Assembly: GCA_015523565.1 (NCBI GenBank)
Contig: WAKA01000008.1
Location: 1 to 28,830, forward strand
From: Candidatus Heimdallarchaeota archaeon
Lineage (GTDB): Archaea > Asgardarchaeota > Heimdallarchaeia > Heimdallarchaeales > Kariarchaeaceae
DNA: 28,830 bases
Direction: 5' to 3'
The position numbers and the translations under genes were made by a program. The notes below the pieces were generated by a model, which worked only from the letters and a program-made list of their open reading frames with translations, did no database searches and had not been told where the DNA came from. This document shows, one piece after another, positions 16,928-25,578 of the stretch; the stretch's first letter is position 1, and each line of letters begins with the position of its first letter.

Positions 16928-18775
16928 CTATTTTTCACCTTTCTTTTTTAGAAGTATGATGGGAAGCAACATTGCCAAAAATGCCAATATTGATAGAGGG
17001 GTTGTATTGTTGGTCGCCCTGCTACTTGTCGGTACTGTAATTGAAACTGTTTGGGTAATTCTTATAATGTTTCCTGCTTTGTCCTTGATAATCAATCTAA
17101 TGTCGTAATCTCCTGATTTCCTATATTGATGTGACACTGAAGTTTTATTAGTTACGTCTTCCACTAGTCCGTCTCCCCATTCAATATATGCGGAAAGTAC
17201 TCCTGATCCGCTATCTGATGCTGAAAGACTGACTGAGGCAGTTCCATTATTCGCTATGATATCTAACGTTCCTGTTGGTGTTGTGTGATCAACAAGCAAA
17301 TAAACGGTATAAGCTCTTGTTTTATTCAATGTATTTGTTATGTTCAATATGATTGTATAATTTCCTTCAGTGGATAATGTCAATGTTGTATTGGCTTTTT
17401 TATCCAAATTTTCAGATCCCTTTATGTTAATGCTTGACAAGTTATCATCATTCAATCCATAAAAGATAAATGCGTCTTTAATTTTACCCTTTTCCGTTTT
17501 TGCACTGAAGAAGATTACTAACTCTGTCTTATTTGTAATGGAATTATTTGCCATGAACAATTTTCCAGATGGTCTTGAATCCACGATTTCAAATAATTTT
17601 TTATTTAAATATTCAGTATAGTTTCTGTTTTTCACGTATGGCTGGAATTCAACCTTTTGGTCGAATTTTAAGGTTTGATTCAACTCAAATCTATATTCGG
17701 TCACTAATGTAGTGGCAACTGTTACATTGTTGACTGTCTTGTTTACCTCATATGGTGTCGTAATGTTGAACAATCGGACGTCAGTCCAGTTTGTCGGTTC
17801 ATTGTCTGTTAAATTGTCGTAGAACCTATAACGGACATAGACCAAATCTTCGTTTGTTTGGTTATATGTTGTCACATTAAATCCTATTTTATCCAAATCT
17901 GTGAATTCTCTTTTATCAAAATCATACAAGGTGGAATTAAAGATGAAATAGCTGGATAATTTATGGACAATTCCTGCTGTGGAATCTTGTGCTTTTCTTT
18001 CCCACCCCTTGGAATTAAAGGCAGAGAAGAAAACCACCCGTGTTTTCAAGGTATAATTGAATGCAAATGTTGTATAATTTGTCTGTTTGTCAAATTTGAC
18101 AAACGTCATGTTGTATTGCACTGAGCTGGTTTTATTGTATATGTTTGTATTATTGTCACTAAATGCAATGACTGCATTTGTCTTATTGTTAGGATCATAT
18201 ACTCTGTAATTGATGGTGACTGTTTCACCAAGCTGTGTTACGTAATCCTTTATTGACCCTTCCTGAAAGGTTGCATTACGAATTGAATCAAACTCTGGAT
18301 AACGTTCTCCTTGTTTTACCCAAAGATATCTATATGCATTTCCATTTTCCCTGTCTTGATCAATTGTCGTGAATTCTTCCCTTGTCCCATTAGTTACACT
18401 TCCAGACCAAGCCCATGCATAATATTTTGTGAATTCTGTTACATTCAACTCTATTGAATAATAACTAAAAGCCTTAAACTTTCTATCAAGCGTGAAGGAG
18501 AAGTTCAATGTCTTGGCAAGCTGGACATCCTCTGTCAGATTACTTCCTTGCCCCAAGAGCAATATACCGTCCACTGCAAATCTATCTGCCTTATATGAAA
18601 TTTTGACAGTGGTATTGACATCAAATACGTATCTCTCAACTGGAACGTTGTCAACACTTACTCTTTCAAATATTGGGGCAGGCACTGTCCCGTCTGATTG
18701 TGCATAGGTATGGGCTGGAACAAGCCCACCAACCATTGATACCAAAATCATTAAAACGATAATCCTTCCTTTCAT
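16928..18775 (-). CDS. Secreted cell-surface glycoprotein with a C-terminal PKD domain and membrane anchor (start probably ATG 18775 or 18787, not TTG 18871)
   Basis: Signal peptide MKGRIIVLMILVSMVGGLVPAHTYA, about 33 N-x-S/T sequons, PKD motif IEWGDG...SHQY...GDY.IRL...D, and a C-terminal hydrophobic helix plus KKK. Confidence 0.8.
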   Translation of the reverse strand: MKGRIIVLMILVSMVGGLVPAHTYAQSDGTVPAPIFERVSVDNVPVERYVFDVNTTVKISYKADRFAVDGILLLGQGSNLTEDVQLAKTLNFSFTLDRKFKAFSYYSIELNVTEFTKYYAWAWSGSVTNGTREEFTTIDQDRENGNAYRYLWVKQGERYPEFDSIRNATFQEGSIKDYVTQLGETVTINYRVYDPNNKTNAVIAFSDNNTNIYNKTSSVQYNMTFVKFDKQTNYTTFAFNYTLKTRVVFFSAFNSKGWERKAQDSTAGIVHKLSSYFIFNSTLYDFDKREFTDLDKIGFNVTTYNQTNEDLVYVRYRFYDNLTDNEPTNWTDVRLFNITTPYEVNKTVNNVTVATTLVTEYRFELNQTLKFDQKVEFQPYVKNRNYTEYLNKKLFEIVDSRPSGKLFMANNSITNKTELVIFFSAKTEKGKIKDAFIFYGLNDDNLSSINIKGSENLDKKANTTLTLSTEGNYTIILNITNTLNKTRAYTVYLLVDHTTPTGTLDIIANNGTASVSLSASDSGSGVLSAYIEWGDGLVEDVTNKTSVSHQYRKSGDYDIRLIIKDKAGNIIRITQTVSITVPTSSRATNNTTPLSILAFLAMLLPIILLKKKGEK

Positions 18776-18940
18776 AAGAAACGCCATCTTTGAATTCTCA
18801 ATTCTTCCGCCTGAAAAATTATTAAAAAGTAATTCTATACGTTTACCTCTTGAAGCATGATTCTTTTTCAAGCTGATGACGCTTATCTGATAATGCTTGT
18901 CTTTTTTATTTCCATGCCCAATATCAAAGGTCTGATCTTC

Positions 18941-21028
18941 TTATAATTTAAGAGGCGCCTCAATGGAAATGAACTGGTTTAGCCTTAATCTCATCTTACA
19001 AATTGGGCATTCTCCCTTAAGATTCAACCATTCCTCCAAATGTTCTGGATGGGCAAGATTCTGGCAAGTCGGACATTTCAATACTGAATCAATTGCATTA
19101 ATGGCTCCCCTGCAGACTGTGCAATGTATTGGTAAATTCCCGCAATTTGGACATGGCTCATTGATATCCTCCAATTTTTGATTGCAGAAATAGCAGTATT
19201 GGTCAACAGTGAACTTGATGTAAGTACGGGTGACTTGAAAATTGTTTCCCTTTAGTTTTCCGATCAAAAATCCATTTGCAACAAGATAGAGAATGGTCTG
19301 AACGACAATTCTTGTATCTTCTTTCAATTCCTTGGCAAGCTTCTTTATTGAAACCTTTTTTCCGATCCCTTCATCCAACAAATGGGCTAATGATTGTACA
19401 AATGTTGATTTTTGTGAAATGGATGCATGTGGTTCCTCAATCCTGACTCTTTTTATTGTAAAACGTTGTTTGTGCTGTTGTGCAACCAAAAGACCAGATC
19501 CTATCAAAAAATACACTTTAGAAAGAATATTCACTCTTGGCTTTCTGAGAATTGTTTTTGCTTCCTTCAGATTTGGATTGGTTGCTGATGCCAAATATCC
19601 CAAAAGCACTTGATCCTCATAAGATAATTCATCAATTGTAATCAAAGGTGGGAGATTTGGTGTTTCAGTCATGACCAACCTTTTTTCATTAAAGATCTGG
19701 ATGTTCCCGATATTTTTTGCAACCATTGAATAGGCAATGGTTATTGCATTTTCTCTGTCAATTTTCAATAATGCTCCAATCTCTGGCCAAGTCAATGATT
19801 TTGTTGCTATCAATGCTCCTATTATTATCCGTTCTTCATCAGTAAGTGTCCCCGATTGCAAATCATCAGATTTACGTATAGTTTTAACCACAAACTCTTC
19901 TGTTGAAAGCAATCTTCCTTTTAGGTGACCCTCAAGATAAAGATCTACAATTCTTCGAAGCAATTCTTGCTTACTGATTCTCATTTTTTTTGCAAGTTGC
20001 TTAAGGCGAACCCTCTTTTGTGTTGAAATTCTTCCAAGTAATTCCTTGTAATTAAAGAAATACAAATGTTCCATATCTTGCAATGTTTTATTTGGGGAAA
20101 AATTAGGAAGGTCTTCTACAAATATGTCCTCATTAAAATTCATCAAGAATCGGTATTGGGTCATTGCTGTCATATTGCATAAAATTTCAATTATTCGTGG
20201 TCTTGGCAGTCCTGTCAGTGAAATCAATCTGTCAATTGCAATTTTTTCGCTTAAGGCTACAATTCCTAACACTAACCTTTGCTGTTCATTAAGTGCTTCA
20301 ATGGACTTTTGGGGAAAAGTCACATTTGCTTGCCTAATTTTTAATGAGAGAGTATTTTCTCTCAAAAAATTTTTCTGGTAATCAAAGTAACAAATGATGG
20401 TTTCTGAAAGCAAAAGGTCAACTAAGACAGAAAGTACTTTATGGTTTGGGATATCTAAGTCAAGAGAAATTTCTTCAATGGTTGTCACTCCCTTGAGCAA
20501 AAGGTATCCAATAAGTTGGATGTCCAGAAAACTTAATGTTTCTACCGTTTTTCGTTCTTTTCGATATTTGACAATGAAAAAGTAATAGTCTTCCTCCTGT
20601 TGAATAATCTCAATCATTCCTCTGCAAACAAATATGGCGACTTTCTTCATTGCTTCTGAACTTTTGATTTCAAAGACTTCTGCAATTTCCCTTAAACTAA
20701 GTTTATGTCTTGCCTTAATGTATGAGATGAAGAATTGATCTTGGACTGTTAATTGCTTAACTTCAAGTTTTGGTTTAAATGTGGTTCGTATAATTTTGTA
20801 TTCCAACCCCTTGAATTCAATAATGAACAACCCACTTTGGATCAATCTACCAAGCATTTCTTCAATTTCAATGTGTTTCAACCCTATTGTTCTGGCAAGT
20901 GTTTTAACATTTCCTTCTTTTAAGATGATCAATAATCCAATCAATGCCTCAATATCCTCTTCTGATGTTTCCTCATCAAAATATGGCTTGACGAACTTGA
21001 CTGGATCTATGATTCTTTCTGTAACCAT
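18941..21028 (-). CDS. Tandem winged-helix (PCI-like) repeat protein with a C-terminal Zn ribbon and RING-type finger
   Basis: About eight 75-80 aa repeats of the form L(S/T)xx(D/E)xxhhGxh...hxEhAxxh...hxxLhxxG. Then CxxC-x10-CxxC, followed by C-x2-C-x12-C-x2-C-x4-H-x2-H-x3-W-x6-CPIC. RBS-like GTGAGGT upstream. Confidence 0.75.
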   Translation of the reverse strand: MVTERIIDPVKFVKPYFDEETSEEDIEALIGLLIILKEGNVKTLARTIGLKHIEIEEMLGRLIQSGLFIIEFKGLEYKIIRTTFKPKLEVKQLTVQDQFFISYIKARHKLSLREIAEVFEIKSSEAMKKVAIFVCRGMIEIIQQEEDYYFFIVKYRKERKTVETLSFLDIQLIGYLLLKGVTTIEEISLDLDIPNHKVLSVLVDLLLSETIICYFDYQKNFLRENTLSLKIRQANVTFPQKSIEALNEQQRLVLGIVALSEKIAIDRLISLTGLPRPRIIEILCNMTAMTQYRFLMNFNEDIFVEDLPNFSPNKTLQDMEHLYFFNYKELLGRISTQKRVRLKQLAKKMRISKQELLRRIVDLYLEGHLKGRLLSTEEFVVKTIRKSDDLQSGTLTDEERIIIGALIATKSLTWPEIGALLKIDRENAITIAYSMVAKNIGNIQIFNEKRLVMTETPNLPPLITIDELSYEDQVLLGYLASATNPNLKEAKTILRKPRVNILSKVYFLIGSGLLVAQQHKQRFTIKRVRIEEPHASISQKSTFVQSLAHLLDEGIGKKVSIKKLAKELKEDTRIVVQTILYLVANGFLIGKLKGNNFQVTRTYIKFTVDQYCYFCNQKLEDINEPCPNCGNLPIHCTVCRGAINAIDSVLKCPTCQNLAHPEHLEEWLNLKGECPICKMRLRLNQFISIEAPLKL

Positions 21029-21112
21029 TTACCTCACATGGATTGATATATCTACTCTTCTCATAGTGTAATAAAAACCTCGTTGAACTTACATAAATGG
21101 TTGAAGAAATCT

Positions 21113-21733
21113 TTACTGATATGTGTTTTCAGAGATTATTTTCAAGAAGTACTTGTGCACTCCATTATTTCCTGAAAGCTCTGGGTGGAATGTGGATGCA
21201 ATAATATTGCCTTGTTGAACAAATACTGGTTTTCCACCAAATTCTGCAAGGACTTTTAATTCTTCTCCCGTTTTTTCAATTATTGGTGCACGGATAAATA
21301 TGGCCTCTATTTCGTCAACAATTCCCCTTATAGGAAGCTTGACAGCAAACGAATCCTTTTGCCTTCCATACCCGTTCCGCAGGATTGTTTGGTCAAGTAT
21401 TGGAAATGCTCCTTCTGTAATCTCGCTATGGGCGTCCCTTTTGACTCGCTTTGAAAGGAGAATTGCTCCTGCACAAGTTCCAAATGCAGGAAACCCATCT
21501 TCAAGTTTATTACGAAGTGCTTGGAGAAGTCCGCTCTTTTTCCCTTGTTTGATCATTGCCGTGCTTTCCCCCCCAGGCATGATGATACCATGTAATCCCT
21601 CTAGGTCTTCTGGCAAAAGCACTGTATGAATATCAAGTTGAATGCCCAATGCCTTTGCCGCGGATCTAACACTTGCTTCATGTTCTTCGATGGCTCCTTG
21701 AAGCCCCAATAGACCAATATTTATTTCTTTCAC
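21113..21733 (-). CDS. pdxT: Pyridoxal 5'-phosphate synthase glutaminase subunit
   Basis: LQGA..EH, PGGEST, FGTCAG, RNGYGRQ.DSF, FIRAP and FHPEL. Confidence 0.96.
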   Translation of the reverse strand: MKEINIGLLGLQGAIEEHEASVRSAAKALGIQLDIHTVLLPEDLEGLHGIIMPGGESTAMIKQGKKSGLLQALRNKLEDGFPAFGTCAGAILLSKRVKRDAHSEITEGAFPILDQTILRNGYGRQKDSFAVKLPIRGIVDEIEAIFIRAPIIEKTGEELKVLAEFGGKPVFVQQGNIIASTFHPELSGNNGVHKYFLKIISENTYQ

Positions 21734-22675
21734 TTACAGATTCGCACCTCTAAGCTGTAACTTCTTTTCTTCTTTCATTGTTGAAATATCCAATCCTGGC
21801 ATTGACTTTCTCTCACTGACCATTGATTGGGCCTCAGCTACTTTTTCTGGATTGTTCCAATGCGTAACTGCCATCACGATTGCTTCTGCCCTCATTTCTG
21901 GGTCTTCTGACTTATAAATGCCTGAACCGACAAAAACCCCGTCACAATTCATTTGCATCATCATGGCTGCATCCGCTGGAGTTGCAATTCCTCCTGCGGC
22001 AAAGTTAACGACAGGTAATCTTCCCAATTCTGCAACCTTTAGCACTGTTTCATAGGAAACTTTCATTTCCCTTGCCAAAATCATTAATTCTTGGGGATTG
22101 TCTTTTGCCGCGACCACTTGTCTTATTCCATTGTTAACCATTCTCATGTGCCTGATTGCTTCTGCCACATTTCCAGTTCCCGCCTCTCCTTTAGTTCTAA
22201 TCATCGCACTGCCTTCCTCTATTCTTCTCAGGGCTTCCCCTAAATCCCTGCAACCATTGACAAATGGCACTGTGAAATCCCATTTCCACACATGGGATGC
22301 TTCATTTGCAGGTGTGAGAACTTCTGACTCGTCAATCATGTCAACACCAATTTCCTCAAGCAATCTGGCTTCCATTGTATGCCCTATCCTACATTTTGCC
22401 ATTATTGGGATACTTACTGTTTCCATAGTCTCTTTTATTGCTTGGATTGTAGCCATTCTGGCAACTCCTCCACGGGCTCTTATGTCCGCTGGAAGTTTAT
22501 CAAGAACCATGACCGCAACAGCCCCTGCATCCTCTGCAATTCCAGCCTGTGTTGGATTTGTGACATCCATGACAACTCCATGTTTAACCATTTTTGCAAA
22601 TCCACGTTTGAGGTTTGTTGAACCTAAAGTAATTTCAACATCCCCATACTCCTTGAGGACTTTTCTTTCCTGCAT
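21734..22675 (-). CDS. pdxS: Pyridoxal 5'-phosphate synthase lyase subunit
   Basis: [55 protein letters not shown] and GVFVGSGI. Confidence 0.97.
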   Translation of the reverse strand: MQERKVLKEYGDVEITLGSTNLKRGFAKMVKHGVVMDVTNPTQAGIAEDAGAVAVMVLDKLPADIRARGGVARMATIQAIKETMETVSIPIMAKCRIGHTMEARLLEEIGVDMIDESEVLTPANEASHVWKWDFTVPFVNGCRDLGEALRRIEEGSAMIRTKGEAGTGNVAEAIRHMRMVNNGIRQVVAAKDNPQELMILAREMKVSYETVLKVAELGRLPVVNFAAGGIATPADAAMMMQMNCDGVFVGSGIYKSEDPEMRAEAIVMAVTHWNNPEKVAEAQSMVSERKSMPGLDISTMKEEKKLQLRGANL

Positions 22676-22696
22676 AAGTTGTGTTACTTAAATCTC

Positions 22697-22703
22697 TATT
22701 TAA
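22697..22703 (-). promoter_or_regulatory. Candidate TATA box for pdxS-pdxT
   Basis: TTAAATA on the minus strand, 22-28 nt upstream of the pdxS ATG and preceded by the purine-rich AAAGAGA. Confidence 0.4.
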
Positions 22704-22749
22704 TCTCTTTTACTTTGGATAGTTTTGAAATGTTTGGAATCATGGTTGG

Positions 22750-23178
22750 TTACTCACTTTTTTCCAAATGCTCTTTGCTTACCTCCGCTTCATATGCGGC
22801 AATTCCAAAAGTTCCACCAAACACAATGCCGAGATTAAAAAAGGGCGTTCCAATAGGATCTGCTCCAATGATCAATGAAATTGCCATTTCAAAAATTATT
22901 ATCCAAAGGAACCGCATCAGAAATTTTGGAACAACCAAATGTAAATCCCATTGCTTGTTTTTGTAATCCCTTAATAACAAAATAATCGCGATTATTATTC
23001 CCAAAAAAATTCCCAAAAAAAGATATTTCAAAACTAATTGAATCTGGGATATGAAGTTTTTCTGATCTTGTATTGCAAATGTTAACGTAAAAAAGCTAAT
23101 GACAATAATTCCAAATTGAATAACCAGAAAAATAGAAAGAAATCTTCCGTATTCTATTTCATTCCATTTCCCCAGCAT
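22750..23178 (-). CDS. Hypothetical 4-TM membrane protein
   Basis: Four hydrophobic segments. 9-nt gap to the upstream gene on the same strand. Confidence 0.68.
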   Translation of the reverse strand: MLGKWNEIEYGRFLSIFLVIQFGIIVISFFTLTFAIQDQKNFISQIQLVLKYLFLGIFLGIIIAIILLLRDYKNKQWDLHLVVPKFLMRFLWIIIFEMAISLIIGADPIGTPFFNLGIVFGGTFGIAAYEAEVSKEHLEKSE

Positions 23179-23187
23179 CTTTCCAAC

Positions 23188-24444
23188 CTATTCTTTGTTA
23201 GCAATTATTGCTGTAATTTGAAGCCCGATCCAGGCAAACAACACATTCCAGATTAATGTCATCCAAATTTCATTGAAATATATTGGATAGAGGGTTTGGT
23301 CAATGTATGTCCCTCCAGGATATGCTAAATTCTGCAATGGTTGTAATCCAGCTACAATAAAAAGCACTAAGAAAAATGCAGGGAAAAACAATACTATGTC
23401 GAATCCTCCTTCTACCCATGCCAAGGTATCTTTTTTCCTGCCCAGCATTCTAAATATTGTTCCTAATCCAAATGAAAGCGTTGTAATCGGAATTATGTAA
23501 TATATGTTGAATGGATCAACAATAACACTGGCGGAAGACGTATGTGTGAAAAGGTCAAACAAAGGCTCAAGAATGTTTGGCTGTGCCAAACCCGCCATTT
23601 GACTGGAAGAAAGCCTTTTGACAGAAACGAATGCTCCAACCAAGGAAACTAAAAATCCGAAGAGAATTGCTATTGTTCCTATTATGAAGAGTTTATTTCC
23701 TGTATCACTAGAATATATTCGTTCACCACTTGTTTTCAAATAAACAATAATCAATATTATCAAAAGCAAAACACTCGCGGCTATGTCCATTGTTGGAAGT
23801 AATCCTCCTGCCATTTGAATTTCAACTCCTGGAATGGCGCCACCAACTCCGACATTTATTCCCTGTTGTCTGTATTTAGGTAATGCAATTCTTGCAAAGT
23901 GTGCAAATGAGAATGAAAAAATGATAATGACTGCTTCGTAACCGATAATGAATTTAATCCAATTTTGTATCGATGAAAATTTTGCGATTAATATTCCTAC
24001 AATAAGGCTAGTGAGGAGAAGCACTATAAAAAATGACTCGAAAAATGAAATGAACGGTGAACCAAAAGCATTCGTCATTCCTAAAAGGAAACTAAATACC
24101 ATGAGAAGTGTTGATCCAAGATTTTTAGTGTAACCGATCACAAAAATCAGAACAGCATAATTAAACAATAAAATAGTAGGTGCTACTGGTATTCCAATAG
24201 CTATCTCAAGGTCAAACCACAATGGTCTGAAGACACCAAAAATATATGTTAATATCATGCCCAAAACAGTAATTATCAATTTATCACGAGATTCTAATAA
24301 TAAGTCTAGATCACGAAACCGGTGTCTTAGTGTTGTACTCATTAACTGTTTTACTATCTGATTCATTATTAACTCTATGTAGAAAATAGTATCCGCTTGA
24401 ACAAAAAGCGGTTCATTTTTTTTGTAAATCATTTTCATATTCAC
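23188..24444 (-). CDS. Hypothetical polytopic membrane protein (about 10-11 TM); start uncertain (ATG 24366 or 24342 plausible)
   Basis: Long hydrophobic ORF filling the gap, with no recognised catalytic motif. Confidence 0.7.
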   Translation of the reverse strand: MNMKMIYKKNEPLFVQADTIFYIELIMNQIVKQLMSTTLRHRFRDLDLLLESRDKLIITVLGMILTYIFGVFRPLWFDLEIAIGIPVAPTILLFNYAVLIFVIGYTKNLGSTLLMVFSFLLGMTNAFGSPFISFFESFFIVLLLTSLIVGILIAKFSSIQNWIKFIIGYEAVIIIFSFSFAHFARIALPKYRQQGINVGVGGAIPGVEIQMAGGLLPTMDIAASVLLLIILIIVYLKTSGERIYSSDTGNKLFIIGTIAILFGFLVSLVGAFVSVKRLSSSQMAGLAQPNILEPLFDLFTHTSSASVIVDPFNIYYIIPITTLSFGLGTIFRMLGRKKDTLAWVEGGFDIVLFFPAFFLVLFIVAGLQPLQNLAYPGGTYIDQTLYPIYFNEIWMTLIWNVLFAWIGLQITAIIANKE

Positions 24445-24486
24445 AACATCCCAGAATTTTAATTAAAGAAAAATCTGGATTGTCTA

Positions 24487-25047
24487 ATGAAATCCATCCG
24501 TTTTGTCACCTCAAATACACACAAATTTCAAGAGGCACGGGAAAAATTTTCCCAAGCAGGGATGGCAATTGATCATGTTGCAATGGCTTATCCAGAAATC
24601 CAAGCGATGACTATGAAACAAGTGGCAATACAAAGTGCTTCTACCCTCACAAGTTACCTTGACCCTCCTTTTTTCATAGAGGATTCAGGAATGACTGTTG
24701 ATTCGCTCAATGGATTTCCTGGACCTTATAGCTCTTATGTCTTTAAAAAAATAGGATGGCAGGGCATATTGTCCCTGTTATCCGATAAGGAAGACAGACG
24801 CGCAACTTTCTATTCTGTTATTGTTTATATTGACTCTAATTCAGACTTGCATGTTTTTGAAGGAATTCAAAATGGGATAATCAGTAAAGAGGCACGAGGA
24901 ACAGGTGGGTTCGGTTTCGACCCTATATTTATCCCAGAAGGTTCTTCTCATACATATGCTGAGATGTCAATTAAAATGAAAAATCAACAGTCTCATCGTG
25001 GAAAATCACTTCAGCTCTTTCTCAATTCTCTCTTAAATAAAATGTGA
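24487..25047 (+). CDS. rdgB: Non-canonical purine NTP pyrophosphatase (XTP/dITP diphosphatase, HAM1/RdgB family)
   Basis: FVTSN.HK, PEIQ, EDSG, LNGFPGPYS, GFGFDPIF, TYAEM and SHRG. Confidence 0.95.
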   Translation: MKSIRFVTSNTHKFQEAREKFSQAGMAIDHVAMAYPEIQAMTMKQVAIQSASTLTSYLDPPFFIEDSGMTVDSLNGFPGPYSSYVFKKIGWQGILSLLSDKEDRRATFYSVIVYIDSNSDLHVFEGIQNGIISKEARGTGGFGFDPIFIPEGSSHTYAEMSIKMKNQQSHRGKSLQLFLNSLLNKM

Positions 25048-25057
25048 TGAAAAATAG

Positions 25058-25528
25058 ATGTCTGTAATTATTGCAATAATTCTTCAGATTTCAATAAGGC
25101 TTTTATCTCTTTATTTCGGATTTGGGTATATGGGTACATTTGGAACTGTTTTAGGATCAATTTTGGGTGTTGGAGGATTAGTGGTCACAATTTACACAAC
25201 TGCTGTATTGACATCTGGATTTCTTCCATTTCTTTGGTTTGCATTGTTTGGATTTATTGGGGGTGCCGCCCTTGGCGCATTGAACTCCCAAAAAGCGAAG
25301 AGACAAGCGAAATATAAGAATGAATATGTGTTCTACGCATCTTCTGCATTTGTTGCCACCATTGCTTTAACAATTTATTATCTGGCTTTTGCCATAGATA
25401 AAGTGCAAGCTAAGGTTGTCGACCCATCTGTCTTTGGAGCAACTGCTTTGATTTTCTTCACTGCTGGCGCTTCACTTGCCATGATGGTTGGTTTTGGATT
25501 GGTAATTGCAAATTCATTGGAAAGCTGA
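25058..25528 (+). CDS. Hypothetical Gly/Ala-rich membrane protein (4-5 TM)
   Basis: Hydrophobic helices with GxxxG-like spacing. Same strand as, and between, rdgB and serS. Confidence 0.68.
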   Translation: MSVIIAIILQISIRLLSLYFGFGYMGTFGTVLGSILGVGGLVVTIYTTAVLTSGFLPFLWFALFGFIGGAALGALNSQKAKRQAKYKNEYVFYASSAFVATIALTIYYLAFAIDKVQAKVVDPSVFGATALIFFTAGASLAMMVGFGLVIANSLES

Positions 25529-25578
25529 AAATCAACAAAAGGTTTTTAGGACTTTGAAATTTTGAATTAAACAATCGT

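Noticed and set aside
16928-17040. Canonical eukaryotic GPI attachment signal or PGF-CTERM
   Set aside because: The tails end in polybasic residues, unlike typical GPI signals, and lack PGF.
18776-18871. N-terminal extension from TTG 18871
   Set aside because: It would bury the signal peptide, and a TATA-like TTTTTAATAA lies inside it (18819-18828), favouring a downstream ATG.
18883-18893. TTATC-T-GATAA mini-palindrome in the intergenic region
   Set aside because: Only 5-bp arms, expected by chance at this AT content.
18941-21028. Direct assignment as ESCRT-II, Nse1 or a proteasome-lid subunit
   Set aside because: There are too many repeats, no helical PCI solenoid, and no ESCRT/SMC/proteasome genes nearby. 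Only fold-level resemblance is supportable.
22098-22691. 197-aa plus-strand ORF
   Set aside because: Antisense shadow of the well-conserved pdxS, with no motif of its own.
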